The position numbers and the translations under genes are program-made. This document shows positions 63,352 through 64,000 of a stretch of DNA of 64,000 bases, in pieces. The stretch covers positions 97,774,001 to 97,838,000 of the forward strand of contig NC_042998.1 in assembly GCF_006345805.1 (NCBI RefSeq), written 5' to 3'. The stretch's first letter is position 1. Every line of letters starts with the position of its first letter. The notes under the pieces are model-generated. The model ran no database searches, was not told the origin of the DNA, and saw only the letters and a list, made by a program, of their open reading frames with translations. This stretch comes from Octopus sinensis. Lineage: Eukaryota.

Positions 63352-63566
63352 CCTTTTAGCATTCACATTATTCTGTCAAAATACTGCTTTTTTATTGACA
63401 TCTTGAATTAATCATTTATTTTCTTGTATTTCAGAGATTTTGATGAGTAACTGTTAATTTTTAGAATGATATTGTAGGGTTGGCATAAGAGGCCAGGTTT
63501 GACCAGTTTGAACATAAAACAACCAGAATACTTTGGCTGGATACAGCCAGTTTAAATGCTAAAGGG
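63352..63566. mobile_element. piggyBac-type MITE between (TACA)n tracts
   Basis: CCTTTTAGCATTC...AATGCTAAAGGG; interior matches 3937-4152; TTAA flanks are not retained. Confidence 0.7.
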
Positions 63567-63685
63567 ACATACATACATACATACATACATACATACATAC
63601 ATACATACATACATACATACATACATACATACATACATACATACATACATACATACATACATACATACATACATACATACATACC

Positions 63686-64000
63686 TCCCATGCTATAGTT
63701 AGAAAACTGAGAGTGTGGATATACAATTTATGAAAAGACAGAAGCCAGATTGGATGAGAAAAAGGAACCCACTCAAAGGGAGACATTAATAGCAATTGTG
63801 TCTCAGGGAACTGTCTTGGGGCTGTTGCTATTTGTGGCACCCTCTCAAACATGCCATCAGTTATACAGGCAGCCACTCTTACACAAGCAGTCAAGGCTCC
63901 TCTCGATGCTAATCTTCTACAGAAAGATTTAGATACCATATATAAACAGGCTGAAGGAAACAATATGCAATTTAATGCTGGAAAATCTCAACAAGATACT
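63686..64000 (+). mobile_element. CR1/L2-type LINE RT relic running off the window end
   Basis: Degenerate VSQGTVLGLLLF (cf. GVPQGTVLGPLLF) and LQKDLDTIYKQAEGNNMQFNAGK. Confidence 0.65.

Overview
AT-rich, microsatellite-dense eukaryotic DNA. The repeat profile resembles an octopus genome, but that is an inference. I recognise no host protein-coding gene; nearly all non-simple sequence is transposon-derived: tRNA-headed SINEs, many RTE-clade LINE pieces, pogo/Tigger, Tc1/mariner and piggyBac-type DNA transposon relics and MITEs, an R4/Dong-type restriction-like endonuclease remnant, a Helitron helicase remnant and a CR1/L2-type RT remnant. The standout region is 23.9-37.5 kb, a cluster of Penelope-like element (PLE) sequences and hammerhead ribozymes (HHR). 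(1) An apparently intact, young PLE on the minus strand (23878-28725) has a 708-aa RT + GIY-YIG ORF with Naiad-type motifs and about 1.49-kb pseudo-LTR direct repeats, each carrying a minimal type I HHR. (2) About 420 bp away and in the opposite orientation lies a non-coding array of 533-bp tandem monomers (29146-31020), each with a different type I HHR, capped by a perfect 72-bp fold-back. This is a candidate retrozyme-like, circular-RNA-producing satellite of a PLE. (3) Two decayed Neptune-type PLE fragments carry degenerate HHRs, and several fold-back hairpins lie nearby. Almost all short ORFs in the supplied track are microsatellite or antisense noise. Coordinates were read by eye, and the boundaries of decayed repeats are approximate.
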